A stretch of DNA of 64,000 nt from the human T2T-CHM13v2.0 reference genome, Homo sapiens. Made by a program: the position numbers and the translations under genes. The stretch lies in assembly GCF_009914755.1 (NCBI RefSeq), contig NC_060947.1. One strand, written 5' to 3'. Of this stretch, positions 12,910-26,905 are shown one piece after another. Positions within the stretch are counted from its first letter, which is position 1; every line of letters begins with the position of its first letter. The notes below the pieces were generated by a model that worked only from the letters and a program-made list of their open reading frames with translations, searched no databases and was not told the DNA's origin.

Positions 12910-13149
12910 GTATATTTCTTCATTTATTATTAATATGAAGAAAAATATTTTCTCCCAAGCTCATGTTTTTAACCAGAACATGTGCCTATAAAACGAAACA
13001 GCTAAATATAGGAAGCCTAGATACCCAAACTTTCATTAACTTTTACCTCTTTAATAATGTTTTTTATGGAGGACTACACATGTTCTAGAATTATTTATTT
13101 GCAACTTCCTAGTAGGTATTGCAGAACAGATGCTCTGTCTACCTTGAAT

Positions 13150-13312
13150 CCATGACCTGGGTTTAAATCCCAGATCTGCTGATGATATGCTATGAGATCC
13201 TGGACAAGCCTCTTTGAATAGACTCACAGTAGTTCCCACACGTTTAAAAATGGAGATTTAAAAATTGTACCCCTGCAGAGTTATTGGGAAGATGAGGTAA
13301 ATCGATGAAGAT
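13150..13312 (+). mobile_element. MIR 5' part (resumes near 13740-13770 and 13890-13910)
   Basis: GACCTGGGTTTAAATCCCAGATCTGC..AAAATGGAG..CAGAGTTATTGGGAAGAT. The tail AAAGTGCTTTGAAAACTATAAA...GCACT lies after the intervening elements. Confidence 0.6.
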
Positions 13313-13324
13313 ACAGTCGGCACT

Positions 13325-13736
13325 GATAGTACCTGGCCTACCTCCAAGTTTCTGGTGCTTTGGAACATTCCGAAGATTGCCCTTGGGCTGTGAAACTGAC
13401 ATGCCAGTTTGAAGAACTAGAGGTGCCTGGGAGTTTTATCTCCTCTGCTGGGGGCAGCCTGAAGGCAAGGACTGATTGATGCCTGAGGACAAAAGCCCAG
13501 CTTCTTTGCCAGAGGTGGAATAAACTCCAATGTAATTTATTGTCTAGTGTTTCCCTTGGGAGCAGGCTGAGGCTGAGACTTCACCTGAAATTGCACCCTT
13601 GTGGTGCTTCTTTTCCTTTCCTGTCCTGCTTCCTTCTCTACCTTACTCTTTTCTCCTGGGAGCCCTTCTTTAATACATCACATGTATTCAAATCCTTGAC
13701 TCAGAGTCAGCTTCTGAGAGAACCTGACCTAGGACA
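13325..13736 (+). mobile_element. LTR16-family ERVL LTR
   Basis: GAGGTGCCTGGGAGTTT..AAAAGCCCAGC..GAGACTTCACCTGAAATTGCACCCTTG..TTCTCCTGGGAGC..TCAGAGTCAGCTTCTGAGAGAACCTGACCTAGGACA. Confidence 0.75.
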
Positions 13737-13769
13737 GTCTGTGAGTTAAAGTGCTTTGAAAACTATAAA

Positions 13770-13889
13770 TAGGGGGACCATATGTCCTGATTTGCCTGTG
13801 ATAGTCCTGCTATATGCCTGTCATCCTGGTATACTTACTAATATCACCTCCTTTCACAAGGAAAAAGATAAATTTTATGGTTACCTTTA
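13770..13889. mobile_element. MER94-like hAT-Blackjack MITE
   Basis: Terminal inverted repeats TAGGGGGACCATAT / ATGGTTACCTTTA, with internal GTCCTGATTTGCC..AGTCCTG. Confidence 0.65.
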
Positions 13890-14461
13890 GTATAAAGCAC
13901 TCCAGAGATGCTTGAAAAATAGGAAGTTAAAATAATGATAATGATTAAACTCAAACAACTAATTCACCTAATTTCTTCTCAGTGAAGTGTTTGGCTAAAT
14001 TGCCATCATCATTTCAAGACGAGTACTGTGACTTTTCTAAAATAACATTCAGAACATGACGTGCTTTTTATTACCTATAGGATGGATATGAGAATATGCG
14101 TTCAAAGTTAATATTGGTAAAATTACTTAATAGCAAAATTACTTAAAGACTTTAAAAAATAGCACAGATTCCAATGAATCATCACTGAAGCTATATATTC
14201 TGTGTACAATGAAACCTATGTAAAAGAAAAAAGTCATCAGCAACAACATAGCTATGCTATTTTTTTTTTTTTTCTATTCTCAACACTCTCAAGTTGAACT
14301 TATCAGTAGTTCTTCTGATGCTTTAAAGCCTTGGGCTATTCCCACAAGAGAATACAAAGTCCATTTTTGAGGCAGGCCAAGGTCTGGAGTCTCTGTGAAT
14401 GTTTGTTTTGCCAGCTGGCGAGGCTGAATTGGCAACTGAGATTTTAACAGTGTTCAAGATA

Positions 14462-14572
14462 GGCTTTTATTAGTTGGGAAATATGAGCGGCTTTTATTAG
14501 TTGGGAAAATTTTGAGATCTTTATTAGTTGGGAAATATGATCGGCTTTTATTAGTTGGGAAAATTTTGAGAC
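14462..14572. repeat. Higher-order (ABAB) short tandem repeat
   Basis: Four copies of TTTATTAGTTGGGAAA with alternating spacers TATGA(G/T)CGG and ATTTTGAGA. Confidence 0.95.
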
Positions 14573-15764
14573 CTATCAATGCGCAAGGCAAAGGAATTCT
14601 TCCTGTACAATGAATATGGCCACATCAGGTGGCAAATAGGTTTAACTGCTGCCAGAAGTGTGTGTGTTTCCAGGAAATATAAATGATTCGTAGTCCTCAA
14701 GCAATTGAGGAATGAGTTTAGAAATCACAATTCTGCCTTGACCCAGCCAATGGCAAAGAGACACATTTTCTGAAACTGATACTTCAAATTCTATCTTGTG
14801 AGCATGTATTTATGCTTATCCATATTTGATTTGTATATACACAGTAGCCCATCCATTATGTTTCCAGTTTCAGGCCTTCTGAAAATAATATTCATGTGTA
14901 CCTAAGTTGATATATCAACATTTTCCCACTTGATGGACCGAGTCAAGGGTAAATTGTGATTCTTTCAAATTGTTATAAAGATCTAGGGTAGGCTGATTAG
15001 TAGAATTTCCTGTCATTTAACCATGATATTCTAAATTACATTAAGGCAGATTACCTAAGTGTCTTTACTATAATACAGAAATTTGTGCTAAGTATTTTTA
15101 AGAAAACTATTGCAATTAAGTATGGAAAAGAAGCCTTATTATGTCCTCTCTAGTGATTATCAGCCTCAATATAGTTCACATCGTGACTTACTTATGTGGT
15201 ATTTACTCATTCAAAAGGTCCTTCAACATTTATGTAATGATCACATACTATGACATGGGCAATAAGCTGGGGCTATAGCAGTGACTGTGACAGACACAGT
15301 TCCTGTGCTTATGGAGCTCAGTCAACAAAATATGTCCAAAAAAGCTTTTGCCCTGTGATTATGCTTGGTTGAAGTGTGCATGTGTGTGTGTGTCTGTGTG
15401 TGTGTATTACATTTAGGGAAGTTATTTTCGATTAAAATTATGATCAGACCAACTTATGAAATTATAATTGCACAATATTTTCTCTTGTGCAGAGAATATT
15501 AATAAGTCCTGGCCCCAGGGTGGTGTTCTGATAGAAGAGCTAGTGTTTTATTCACTGCAAACACGCTTGCTTTTAGCCTCACATCTCCAGTGTAGACTAT
15601 GTTAGTAAGAAATTTAAAAACATTGGCATCATGAGCTGAGACAATGCTCATCTTACAAGTAAAGCTCTTCCTTCTCAATCTATGTGGAAGGCACTTGAAT
15701 TCCAAAACACTGGAATAAAAAATTATCAGCCTGATTATTAAATCAATCCCTGATTGGATAGTGA

Positions 15765-16164
<400 letters not shown>

Positions 16165-16899
16165 TAACCATATATGAATAAACAATCGTCACACAATAAA
16201 AAGTATATAAGCTAGTAACTGGAGTGAAAAGGTCTCATCATTTGTTCCCTCAAAGCTACATCCTATTTTTGCAGATGACAGCATGTAAGAACAATAGCGA
16301 TGAGTACAATTTTTTTCAGCAGTTTGTATATAAAAGCCATGATTATCAGGACATATAACTCAAGAGCTATACTTGTAGTATACGAAATAATAGCTTTATT
16401 TTAAATGGAAACATATTTCTTAAGAGCATATTCTTTGAAACCACAAATGCCACGTAACTCATTTGGTTACACTCTAGAGACTGAGATCGCGAATTTACTC
16501 CTTGCTTACTTTATATTTATACTAATTCCTGACCACAGATCCCCCATCCTCCCTCCTTCTTTGTCAGTTGTCTCACAAATGTGTGCTTTTAATCATGAGA
16601 AAATGAGTAGGACAATAAGGAAGGAGCAGAGCTTCAAACCTTGGAGTATCTGGAGTGTTGCCTTTATTTGTGTAGAACAATTCTACTAAAAGAAATCCTT
16701 GAACAGAAACTTAGTGGTTATACCTGCAATATTGTCATCAGAGAACAGAACTGAGATTTCTGCTTCTAAAAGGGTATCTATAAACTGGTATTTCCTTAGT
16801 CTCCCAAGTGAAACAGCCATAAAACGCAAGAGAATCAGGTGATCCAGTACAAAAGAGACATTAAGTAAAGGTTTGCTGAGTTAATTATTGTTACATAAA

Positions 16900-17425
16900 A
16901 GACTAGGTAGAAAAGAATCAGCCATTCTAGTAAATAAGCTTGGTGGAGCTTATATTTCAGTGAATTGAGATAAACAATATGCAAGTTAATGAATAAACTA
17001 GATAGTATCAGATAATAAAATGAATGATGGCATTGACAGTAGCTACTTTAGATTTTTAGGGAAATTTCTCTCAGAAAGTACCTGAGATACTTACTCAGAT
17101 ACTTTAAATTATGTGAAAATAGTATCATTTAGCAGAAGTATCATTTAGCAGAAACCTAAATGGTGAAAAGGGAAAAAGCCATGTGAAAATAATGGGGAAA
17201 GAAAACTACAGGCATGGGAAATAGAAACTTCAAGTCCTTAGGACCAGAATGTGCTTAAGTAGTTTGAGAAATACCAAGACAATGGGGCTGTGGCACATTA
17301 AGCAAGAGGTAGTATAGCACCAGGTGATGCGGGACTTTGTAGTCTCTGGTGAGGAGTCTGGCTTTTATTCTGAAGTCAATGAAAAGCCATTGGTAAGTTA
17401 TAAATAGAAAGATAACATCATCTGA
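16900..17425 (-). mobile_element. L2 fragment
   Basis: TGGAGCTTATATT..GCCATGTGAA..GGACTTTGTAG..GGCTTTTATTCTGAAG..AAGCCATTGG resembles antisense L2a/b. Confidence 0.65.
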
Positions 17426-17579
17426 ATCGGCTTTTCTGTTAGGGATTGGAACACCTGTATGCATTTTCTTCATTGTTGAGGCTGCCAACTTCTCTTTGCT
17501 ACCAGACACCAAAACCATGAAAGATGGATATTCCCTACTCTTATGTGGGTAGTAGGCAGACACATTTAACAATATGGTT

Positions 17580-17825
17580 TCTATGAGGGTATGGTATATT
17601 GGACAGACCTGACTTTGAGTTCTGGCTCTGCTATTTCCTAGCTGTGGAACCTTGGGAAAGCTACTTGACATTTCTGATTCTTCCGATTTTCCTCATCTCT
17701 AAAATGGAAATAATAATAACGTAGTTATTTTCTTGTAGTTGCTGTGAGGATTAAACAAATTAATGCATGAAAAGTGTTTAATAATATTCCTGAACATATT
17801 AGGTGTTCCATAAATGTTAATTATG
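17580..17825 (+). mobile_element. MIR, near full length
   Basis: GACAGACCTGACTTTGAGTTCTGGCTCTGC..TAGCTGTGGAACCTTGGGAAAG..TTTCCTCATCTCTAAAATGG..GTTGCTGTGAGGATTAAA. Confidence 0.8.
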
Positions 17826-18094
17826 TGATTTCTTTTGCAGATTATGGTATATAAACAAAAAGGTACCAAATGTATATGTAGTTAATATTCACTTGAAGCA
17901 GTAGTTGGGATGTATATGTGTGTGAGAGGGAGGGAGAGAGAGAGAGATTGAGAGAGAGAGAGAGTAAGTATGTGTACTTGGGTTAAAAGCCATGCTTCAC
18001 CAATTAGGAGCTCTAGGACCTTGGATGAGTTATTGACCCTCTGTCTACTTCAATTTTCCCACCTATAAAATAAGGTGATAATAGTGTCCTCCTA

Positions 18095-18950
<856 letters not shown>

Positions 18951-19312
18951 ACCTCCAAAAAGGATTGTTTTTAAAGTTACATGAGGTAATGCAATAGTCC
19001 CGCCTTATCCATGTCTTCACTTTCCATGGTTTGAGTTATCCTGTTGTCAAACCAAGGTATGAGAATATTAAGTAGAAAATTCCAGGAACAAACAATGAAT
19101 GAGTTTTACATTGCCTGCTGTTTTGAGTTGTGCGATGAAATCTCATGCCATCCCACTCCATCTCAACCTGGACATGAATTCTATCTGAGTCCAGTATATC
19201 TGCGCTGAAGACACTTCTCACTCATTAGTCACTTAGTAGTCATGTCAGCAATGAGATCCACTGCTGTAGTATCACAGAGCTTGTGTTCAAGTCACCCTTA
19301 TTTCACTTAATA

Positions 19313-19545
19313 ATGGCCTCAAAGCACAAGAGGAATGATGCTGGCAATTCGAATATGCCACAGAGCGTCTGTCAAGTGCTTCTTTTAATTGAAAAGGTGA
19401 CATTTCTCAACTTAGTAAGGAAACAAAATTGTATGCTGAGGTTGCTAAGACCTATGGTAAGAATGAATCTTCTGTCCATGACATTGTGAAGAAGGAAAAA
19501 GTAATTTGTGCTGGTTTGGCTGACACATCTCAAACTGCAAAAGTT
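19313..19545 (+). pseudogene. Frameshifted Tigger7/pogo transposase N-terminus (CENP-B-type HTH)
   Basis: MASKHKRNDAGNSNMP..VLLLIEKVTFLNLVRK and, in a second frame, YAEVAKTYGKNESSVHDIVKKEKVICA: a pogo/Tigger helix-turn-helix pattern. No DDE domain follows. Confidence 0.8.
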
Positions 19546-19622
19546 AGAGCATGGAGTATGATAATTGGTATTATAATATATTGTTATTGTTGTTCTGTTT
19601 TATTAATTATTGTGGCTATTCT

Positions 19623-19991
<369 letters not shown>

Positions 19992-21408
19992 TAGAAAGAA
20001 CAAAAAAAACCATTGTATATACAGGTTTCAGTACTATCTGCCATTTCAGGTATCCACTGGGGGTCTTGAAATATATCAGAACTACTGTATAATCAAAGCT
20101 GTTAGTTTAGTTCCTGACAGATGGTAAGTGCTTAATAAAGGGGATGGAATGGATTTTTTGCCAAGAAACACTTCCACTAAAAGCACTTAGATGAATAAAA
20201 GAACTATAAATGCTGTACTGTTTACAGAAAGACACTGCTCATCTTAAACGGTGCCACATTTTCACTGGATTTGGGTGGCCTTAAAAGGCTTCAGTTCAAA
20301 ATCTCTGTAGCTTCATCCTTAATAAACTGCCCTTGGATTAATTGTGACAGTCTTTCTTCCTAAAGAGCCAGGTTGCTTTTTACCTCTAGTAGACTATAGT
20401 ACTGGCAAAAACAGGAGAGCAGCAAGTCCTGACCCCCAAGTTCAACTGATATTTTAGATCTCTTATTCTTGCTAACTTTACTTGGAGTCAGCAACAATTG
20501 AGGTAACTGGCTACTTTTCAATAGATAATCTTTTAGAAGAATAAGGAAATAAAAACAAGGGTACAGAATCCTGGATTCCAGCAGGCATGATGAGCTAATA
20601 AGAATCTGTCACTTCTATTCATTTTGACAGGATTAACTTAACTGTTTCTAGAGCTGCCTCACTAGCATTGTTCATTTTAAGCAGGCACATAAATTAAAGG
20701 CACCATTAATATTGTGATTAAAAAGTAAGTTCTTGGAACTATATCCTGACTAAATGATTTATCATGAAGCCATTAGCTATTTCTTAATTTCATTAATGAC
20801 AAAAGAGAAATGATGTCCCCAGACAAATACAGTGACTATAATATGACCTCATAGGCATATAGAGGTACCCATATTCCTTGTGTCTTGATTTGAATAAATA
20901 GCAAAGAGAAAAGAAAGTTTTATTTGTAAATTGATTCATGTCCAGTCACTATTCCTAACCACATTAATGGGTGGCCTAGTCTAATTCAAATTCTCTTTTA
21001 AATATGTTGGATGACTCATCTCTCTTCTGAATTATGAGTTTGCCTCTTGAGACTTCTCTTTATACAATACACAGTTGTCAGATTCAGGAGTAGGATATCA
21101 TAAATAAGCACCTCTTTTTGTCAGGTTTGCTGGGGCAGAAATACACCATAAATATATTTTGCATGATTTTGAGCCATAGAAAAAAACATGATCCAGCCCA
21201 AAGTTGATTACATTTTAAGTATCTGAAGCATCTAATTTAGATGAAATGAGACAGTTATTGTCAAGGATTACATATCACCCGTCTATTACATGAAAGTATC
21301 TAGAAACTTGAAAGATACGTTTTGAAGGAGTCCAAGTGTCCTCCATTCTCCTGCAAGTGCAAAGACCCTTCCAAATATCTTCAATTTTTGTTTTTACATT
21401 TGATTTGA

Positions 21409-21784
<376 letters not shown>

Positions 21785-22045
21785 AAATCCAGGTTTCTTT
21801 TTAAGCTTCTCTACTGTCTGTTCCTTCCCACTCTTCCTCACTCCTGGTCTCCATCGCAAGCGAATGAATGCAGGTATTCTCTTGAGTCAAACAGTTAAAA
21901 TATTCACTAAGCACATTTCTAAAGAAAAAAACTCTTCAGTAGTGATATTTTATATGCTTAAGAGAGAGTTGTTTCAAGTACCCTGAAGCACAGTAGAAGC
22001 TAGAATTTGGAAATCCTAGTTGCTGGATTAAAAAGCTATTGTGAG

Positions 22046-22159
22046 GCCTACTGTGAAACAGGAGGACTGGGTTTGTTGGGTTGAGGAGTGAGTTAAGCCT
22101 AGATGTGAAACAGGAGGATTTTGGGTTTGTCGGGTTGAGGAGAGAGCTAAGCCTAGATG
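22046..22159. repeat. Tandem duplication of a ~52-bp unit
   Basis: GCCTA..TGTGAAACAGGAGGA..TGGGTTTGT.GGGTTGAGGAG.GAG.TAA twice (22046-22096, 22097-22150) plus a partial third copy. Confidence 0.9.
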
Positions 22160-23087
22160 GGGTAACTTCCCGGAAAAGGTGTGCCCAGTGGTTGGCTTCC
22201 TCTGGCCCTCATCCACCTGTAGTTGATCTTTCTCTCCAGTTTTGCCCTCATTCTGCCTCCTACAGAAAGGAAAGAAAAAAATGTGCACAACCAATTTTTG
22301 AGCACATACTATGTGCCAGGACTTTTGCATCTTTATTTATTCCTTAGAGTTAACTCTGGGAAGTGAGACTAATCTTAACTAACCCCAATGCTGACCATCG
22401 TATGTTTCATTTCAATTTGTTAACTTTCTCTATTCTTCAGGTGTTTCTGTCCTCATTCCCTCTGGTTGTCTACTTCTTCTTGGATCTGGGTCTCTGTTTG
22501 TTGCTCTATTCTTGTAATGTGTCAATGCTCCCTACTGATCTGTTTGCTATAGGATCATGGTGACCAGAAATAAACAAGCTTCAGCTACTTACACCTAGCT
22601 AGTCAGTATAACAATAATCTAATGTAGTGGTTTTTATTTTCATTTTCCCATTTACACAGCAGTATGTAGGTGTGAATTAGCCAGAGCAGGGAGTAGCACC
22701 ATGCTGTTGGACAGGTCATTTGGGGGCAATCTTACAACTGGTTAGAGAGAAGAGACATGCCTAGGAGGCTGAAGTGAAAAACATGTGAAAGGGAAGACAA
22801 AATAATAACTGGAAAAGACTTGTAACCAATGACTATTGAGGAGCCAGAGCTTGGCAGATGAGCTGGAAGAAATGGCTTTATCTGTGGTCTCATGCATAGG
22901 GCAATGGTATTTAAGAATGTAGCCAAAGGTTGAGAGATTGTCCAGTTCTGCACTCCAGTCAATGAATTACTACTGACAGACATTGTTTTATGTTAATTTA
23001 ATGTCTGAATATTTCTCAGTGTCAGGAATGCTTGCAATAATGTACAGCATGGGAACAAATGCTAGTTTGTTTAATACAAAAGACATA

Positions 23088-23548
23088 GGCTATAGTTTGG
23101 CTGTTTGTCCCCCTAAATCTCATGTTGAAATTTCATCCTCAGTGTTGGAGGTGGGGCCTGATGGGAGGTATTTGGGTAATGGGAAGTGTTTGCGTCATTA
23201 GTCAAGGATTCTAATGGGATCCTTTATGAATAGATTAATGCTCTGGTGGGGGAAGAGTCGTGAGTGAGTTCTCTCTTTATTAGTTCCTGTAAGAGCTGGT
23301 TGGCTGGTTGTTAAAAAGAGCCTGGCGCCTCCCCATATCTCTCCTGCTTCCTCTCTCACCATGTGTTGTCCACACATTCTGCTCCCTTTGCCTTCCACCA
23401 TGATTGGAAGCTGCCTGACACTCTCACTAGAAGCAGATGCTGGCACTATGTTTCTTGTACAGCCTGCAGAACTGTGAGCCAAATAAACCTCTTTATAAAT
23501 TACCCAGCCTTAGGTGTTTGCTTATAACAACACAAATGGACTAAAACT
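23088..23548 (+). mobile_element. MSTB-like MaLR solo LTR
   Basis: GCTATAGTTTGG..AAATCTCATGTTGAAA..GGAGGTGGGGCCTG..GCAGATGCTGG..CAGCCTGCAGAACTGTGAGCCAAATAAACCTCTTTATAAATTACCCAG..ATGGACTAA. Confidence 0.9.
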
Positions 23549-23969
23549 ACACATTTTTAAGAAAACAAGCTATTCCTAATATCCATAGTCTGGGATACAT
23601 TTTATCTACATACATGAAAAGGAATATTTGAATCTGTGAAAAATTTCAATAATCCCATCTTTTATCTAGTAAGTTTGGATCAATGACTCCTAAAGCTAGA
23701 GTGATTGCTGCTTCCTGAACCATTTGCATTTTGTATTTTAAATAAATGCTACCACACTTTTTTTTTTTGTCTCCAAGAAAAGCATCTATAAAACCCTGCT
23801 ATATAAAGAATTCCTAGGTTTTGCTAAGACCATTGACAAGCTGGTCAGAATAGGATCAAGGAAACAGCTAGATGTCAGTACTTGAAACCCAGATATTCAC
23901 AAAGGTACTTTTTGGCCCTATCTTTAACTCATGCTGTGCTAATTCTTCTAACAAAAATCTTTTGGAAGC

Positions 23970-24340
23970 AGTGAAACAGTGTGTGACTGAGAGCTTGATA
24001 TTAAGACTCCCAGCTTTGCTATCCACTAGAGCAGGTTACATTATCTTCTGAAGCTTTTGGTTTTCCTTGCCTGTATAATGGGGACAGTAATAGTACTAAC
24101 CTATTTGTTTTTGAAATCAGTCTTAGGAATGAATCTCAGATCTGCCACATGCTATTTATTTATACTTGGGGAAGCTACTGTTTAATCTTAGTCTGCATCT
24201 TCACATGTAAAATGGGGAAATTAATAGAATAGTTGTCATAGGATTGTTGTGAGAATCCAGTGAAATGCTACATTTAAAACCTTAGCACAGAACCTGGCAC
24301 AGAGAAAATATTCAATATATGGAGACTGTTCTCATTATTA
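23970..24340 (+). mobile_element. Two adjacent MIR fragments
   Basis: Two MIR cores (CTGTATAATGGGGACAGTAATAGTAC; TGTAAAATGGGG..GGATTGTTGTGAG..CTTAGCACAGAACCTGGCAC). Confidence 0.6.
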
Positions 24341-24459
24341 ATATTTAATTCCAACCCACTATATTACCACAGATAAAATATTTGTACGTGTGTTTTCTCA
24401 TCTAGTATTCAATCCCCCTACCAAGTAAAAGATAAATGAGGAAAGGATTCAGATTAAAA

Positions 24460-24580
24460 TACCCATTTTATAGATGAGGAAGCTGAAGCTCAGAGAGGTT
24501 AAGTGAGTTGCACGAAGTCCTACTAGTGACTAGCAAATGGCATGGCTGGAAAATCAACCTGTTTTCTGTCTCCAAATATT
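24460..24580 (-). mobile_element. MIR fragment
   Basis: CCCATTTTATAGATGAGGAAGCTGAAGCTCAGAGAGGTTAAGTGA. Confidence 0.75.
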
Positions 24581-24629
24581 TTCACTGTTCCTACCTCTCT
24601 GTTATATGTAAAGTGCTGCCAAAAGACAT

Positions 24630-24724
24630 GGAAAGAGGGAAGGAGAGAGAGGGAGAGACAGAGGGAGGGAGGGAGGGAGGGAGAGAGAAGACAGAGAGAG
24701 AGAAAGAAAAGAGAGAGAGAGAAG
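24630..24724. repeat. (GA)n/(GGGA)n purine-rich simple repeat
   Basis: Read directly from the sequence. Confidence 0.9.
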
Positions 24725-25767
24725 GTAGCTGCTGTCAGAGGACATCTTCTTTCATCTGCATTTCAATTATTCTTTTTTTTTTTTTCAAAACAGCATAGGA
24801 CTGTATTTAGAATTTCTCCCCAAGATAATTGGTAAATTATTCATGGAGTTAATGCTTCCTGTAGTTCCCAATCATAGTTTAAGTGAATACATATTGTGTA
24901 TAATACTTTTTTGTGGCCTCAGATCTATATAAAGTTCATGGTCTGTAAAGTATTTAATTAACTTACCAGAACCTGTGAGTAAGTGGTCTGTGTTCTTAGC
25001 CTCCTGCTCAATCTTTTCCACCACCTTTAGTTCTATGTCTTCAAAAGAGGAAGAGCTTCTCTTAAGCAGCATCTCTGTCTAAAAGTAGGATTTATACTGG
25101 GGACATTTCTGAATAACATTTTAGGCAACGGTGTTGCAGGCAGGTCCTGGCACCCTATGAGTTATTTTGAACAGGACTACATTTATCTGATAAAATTTGC
25201 CAAAATGTAATTCACATAGCCGTTGCTATTTGTGGTGTGGCTGCTGTGAAAGAATAGTCATTGGAATCAGGAACATGCAAACCCAAACCCAGACTCCACA
25301 CCCTGTTAACTGGGTGATCATGAAAAGTTCCTTATCTTTCCAGAGCCTCAAGTTTTTCCTTCATGTAAAATATATGGCAATATCTGTCTCAAGGAGTTGT
25401 TGTGAGGCTTAAGAGACAAGTTGGATGCAGCAATGGCTTTCATGTTAAAGTATTTTAGGAGGCCTGATGGGATTTCTGGAAATTTACTTACAAGAGGGAC
25501 TGAGAGGATTCCCATGGGTGAGACACCTACCTGAGGAAAGGTGGGAGGGATAGAAAATGAGACATATCACAAATTTGGTTGAGGGTCCTGAGTCTGTGCT
25601 AAAAGGAAGACAAGGAGTCTAAGGACAGCATTCACAGCCTGCCACTCAGACTGTCTCTGGACCAACTCCATGAACTCAGGTCTGAGCTTGTGACAGAGGT
25701 GACTATGAATGAATGCATAAAAACTAAAAGAATAATCTTAGATTTTGAAGACTTTGTAGAGATTTTA

Positions 25768-26500
25768 TTATCAGTTCAGATGCTTAGCTATAAAAATAAC
25801 AGAAAAAAACAACTCAACATGGCTTGGTTCCCAGTGGTTCTCAGACTGGAGCATGCATCAGCATTTCTCCAGGACTTGTTAAAACCCAGAGTGCTGGCCC
25901 CATCCACAAGAGTGTATAGAGTGGTTGTCGAGTGCAGCCTGAGAATTTGTATTTCTAACAGGGTGATGCTGATACTTATTCTTTGAGAAATACTGGCTTA
26001 AACAATAAGAAGAATGGTTATCTCACACAACAAGGCATCTCAAGGAAAGGAAGCTGCATGCTTATTTGAGAGTTCAATCATGTTTTTGAGAGCACAGATT
26101 CTTTACAACTTTCACTCTGCCATTTTCTGTGTGGTGGATTTGCCTTAGATTAGCTCTCTTCACAGATATAAGATAGATGTTGCTATAGGCATCATATCCA
26201 GGCAGAGTCCAGTGGAGGAAGAGGAGCTGTCTCTTTCTCAGTATTTCTCTTATTAGAAGAAACTTTCCAGGAAGTTCCTCAGCGCACCTCTCCTCATTGG
26301 CAGAATTGATTCATATCCTCAGTTTGAATCCAATTCTTAGCAAAGATAAGGGACCATGCTGTTAATTTAGGCACATCAGATTTTCCTCTGGAGCTGGAGA
26401 GTCTTCTCTTTCCTGAATCACATTGTTGAGGAATGGCTACTTGGACAAAATCAGGACTCTACCAGTAAGGAAAGCAGTGACAAATGCTGTTGGTTATCCA
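25768..26500 (-). mobile_element. Old MLT1 (K/L-like) LTR, interrupted by MER5A
   Basis: ATCAGTTCAGATGC..TAACAGAAA..GGCTT|..|GGCTTAAACAATAAG..CTCTGCCATT..AAGATAG..GGCATCATATCC..CTCATTGGCAGAATTG..ACAAAATCAGG. Confidence 0.6.
25830..25996. mobile_element. MER5A hAT-Charlie MITE
   Basis: Terminal inverted repeats CCAGTGGTTCTCA / TGAGAAATACTGG, with GCATGCATCAG..CTTGTTAAAAC..CCTGAGAATTTGTATTTCTAACA inside. Confidence 0.82.
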
Positions 26501-26905
26501 AATGATGATGCCTGCTGCAGAGATGTCAGCAATTTTGGGGTTGAGAGGAAGATACCATGGTCTATGACATCAAAATAGAAAATATTATTATTTACAGAAA
26601 TTTGCAGCATCATCATTCTTCGCACCTTCATTTTACAGCAATAAACGGTGAGCTCTGGCAGATTAGCCCCTACTTTGGATATTGTCACAGGAGGCATCAC
26701 TATGGGGAGCCAGTCTTACAAAATGACAATGTCTATGATAGCCCCAGGTTCCATTCGTCTGTATTTAATTTTGTTCATAACTAGGTTTAATAACTAATTG
26801 TTTATAGTTTATCAAACCACACTATTCAGAACCCTAAAGCTTTCCTCAGAAGGCCAATATTCATGTGCGTGTGTGTGTGTATGTTTATGAAAGAGACAGA
26901 AAGAT

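Noticed and set aside
14462-14572. CRISPR-like repeat-spacer appearance
   Set aside because: The spacers are about 10 nt and themselves repeated (ABAB), there are no cas genes, and the context is primate genomic DNA.
23163-23219. Apparent short insertion with a TAATGGGA duplication inside MSTB
   Set aside because: Mostly explained by local tandem duplication of GGGAGGTGTTTGGGTCAT-like LTR sequence. Too short to call an element.
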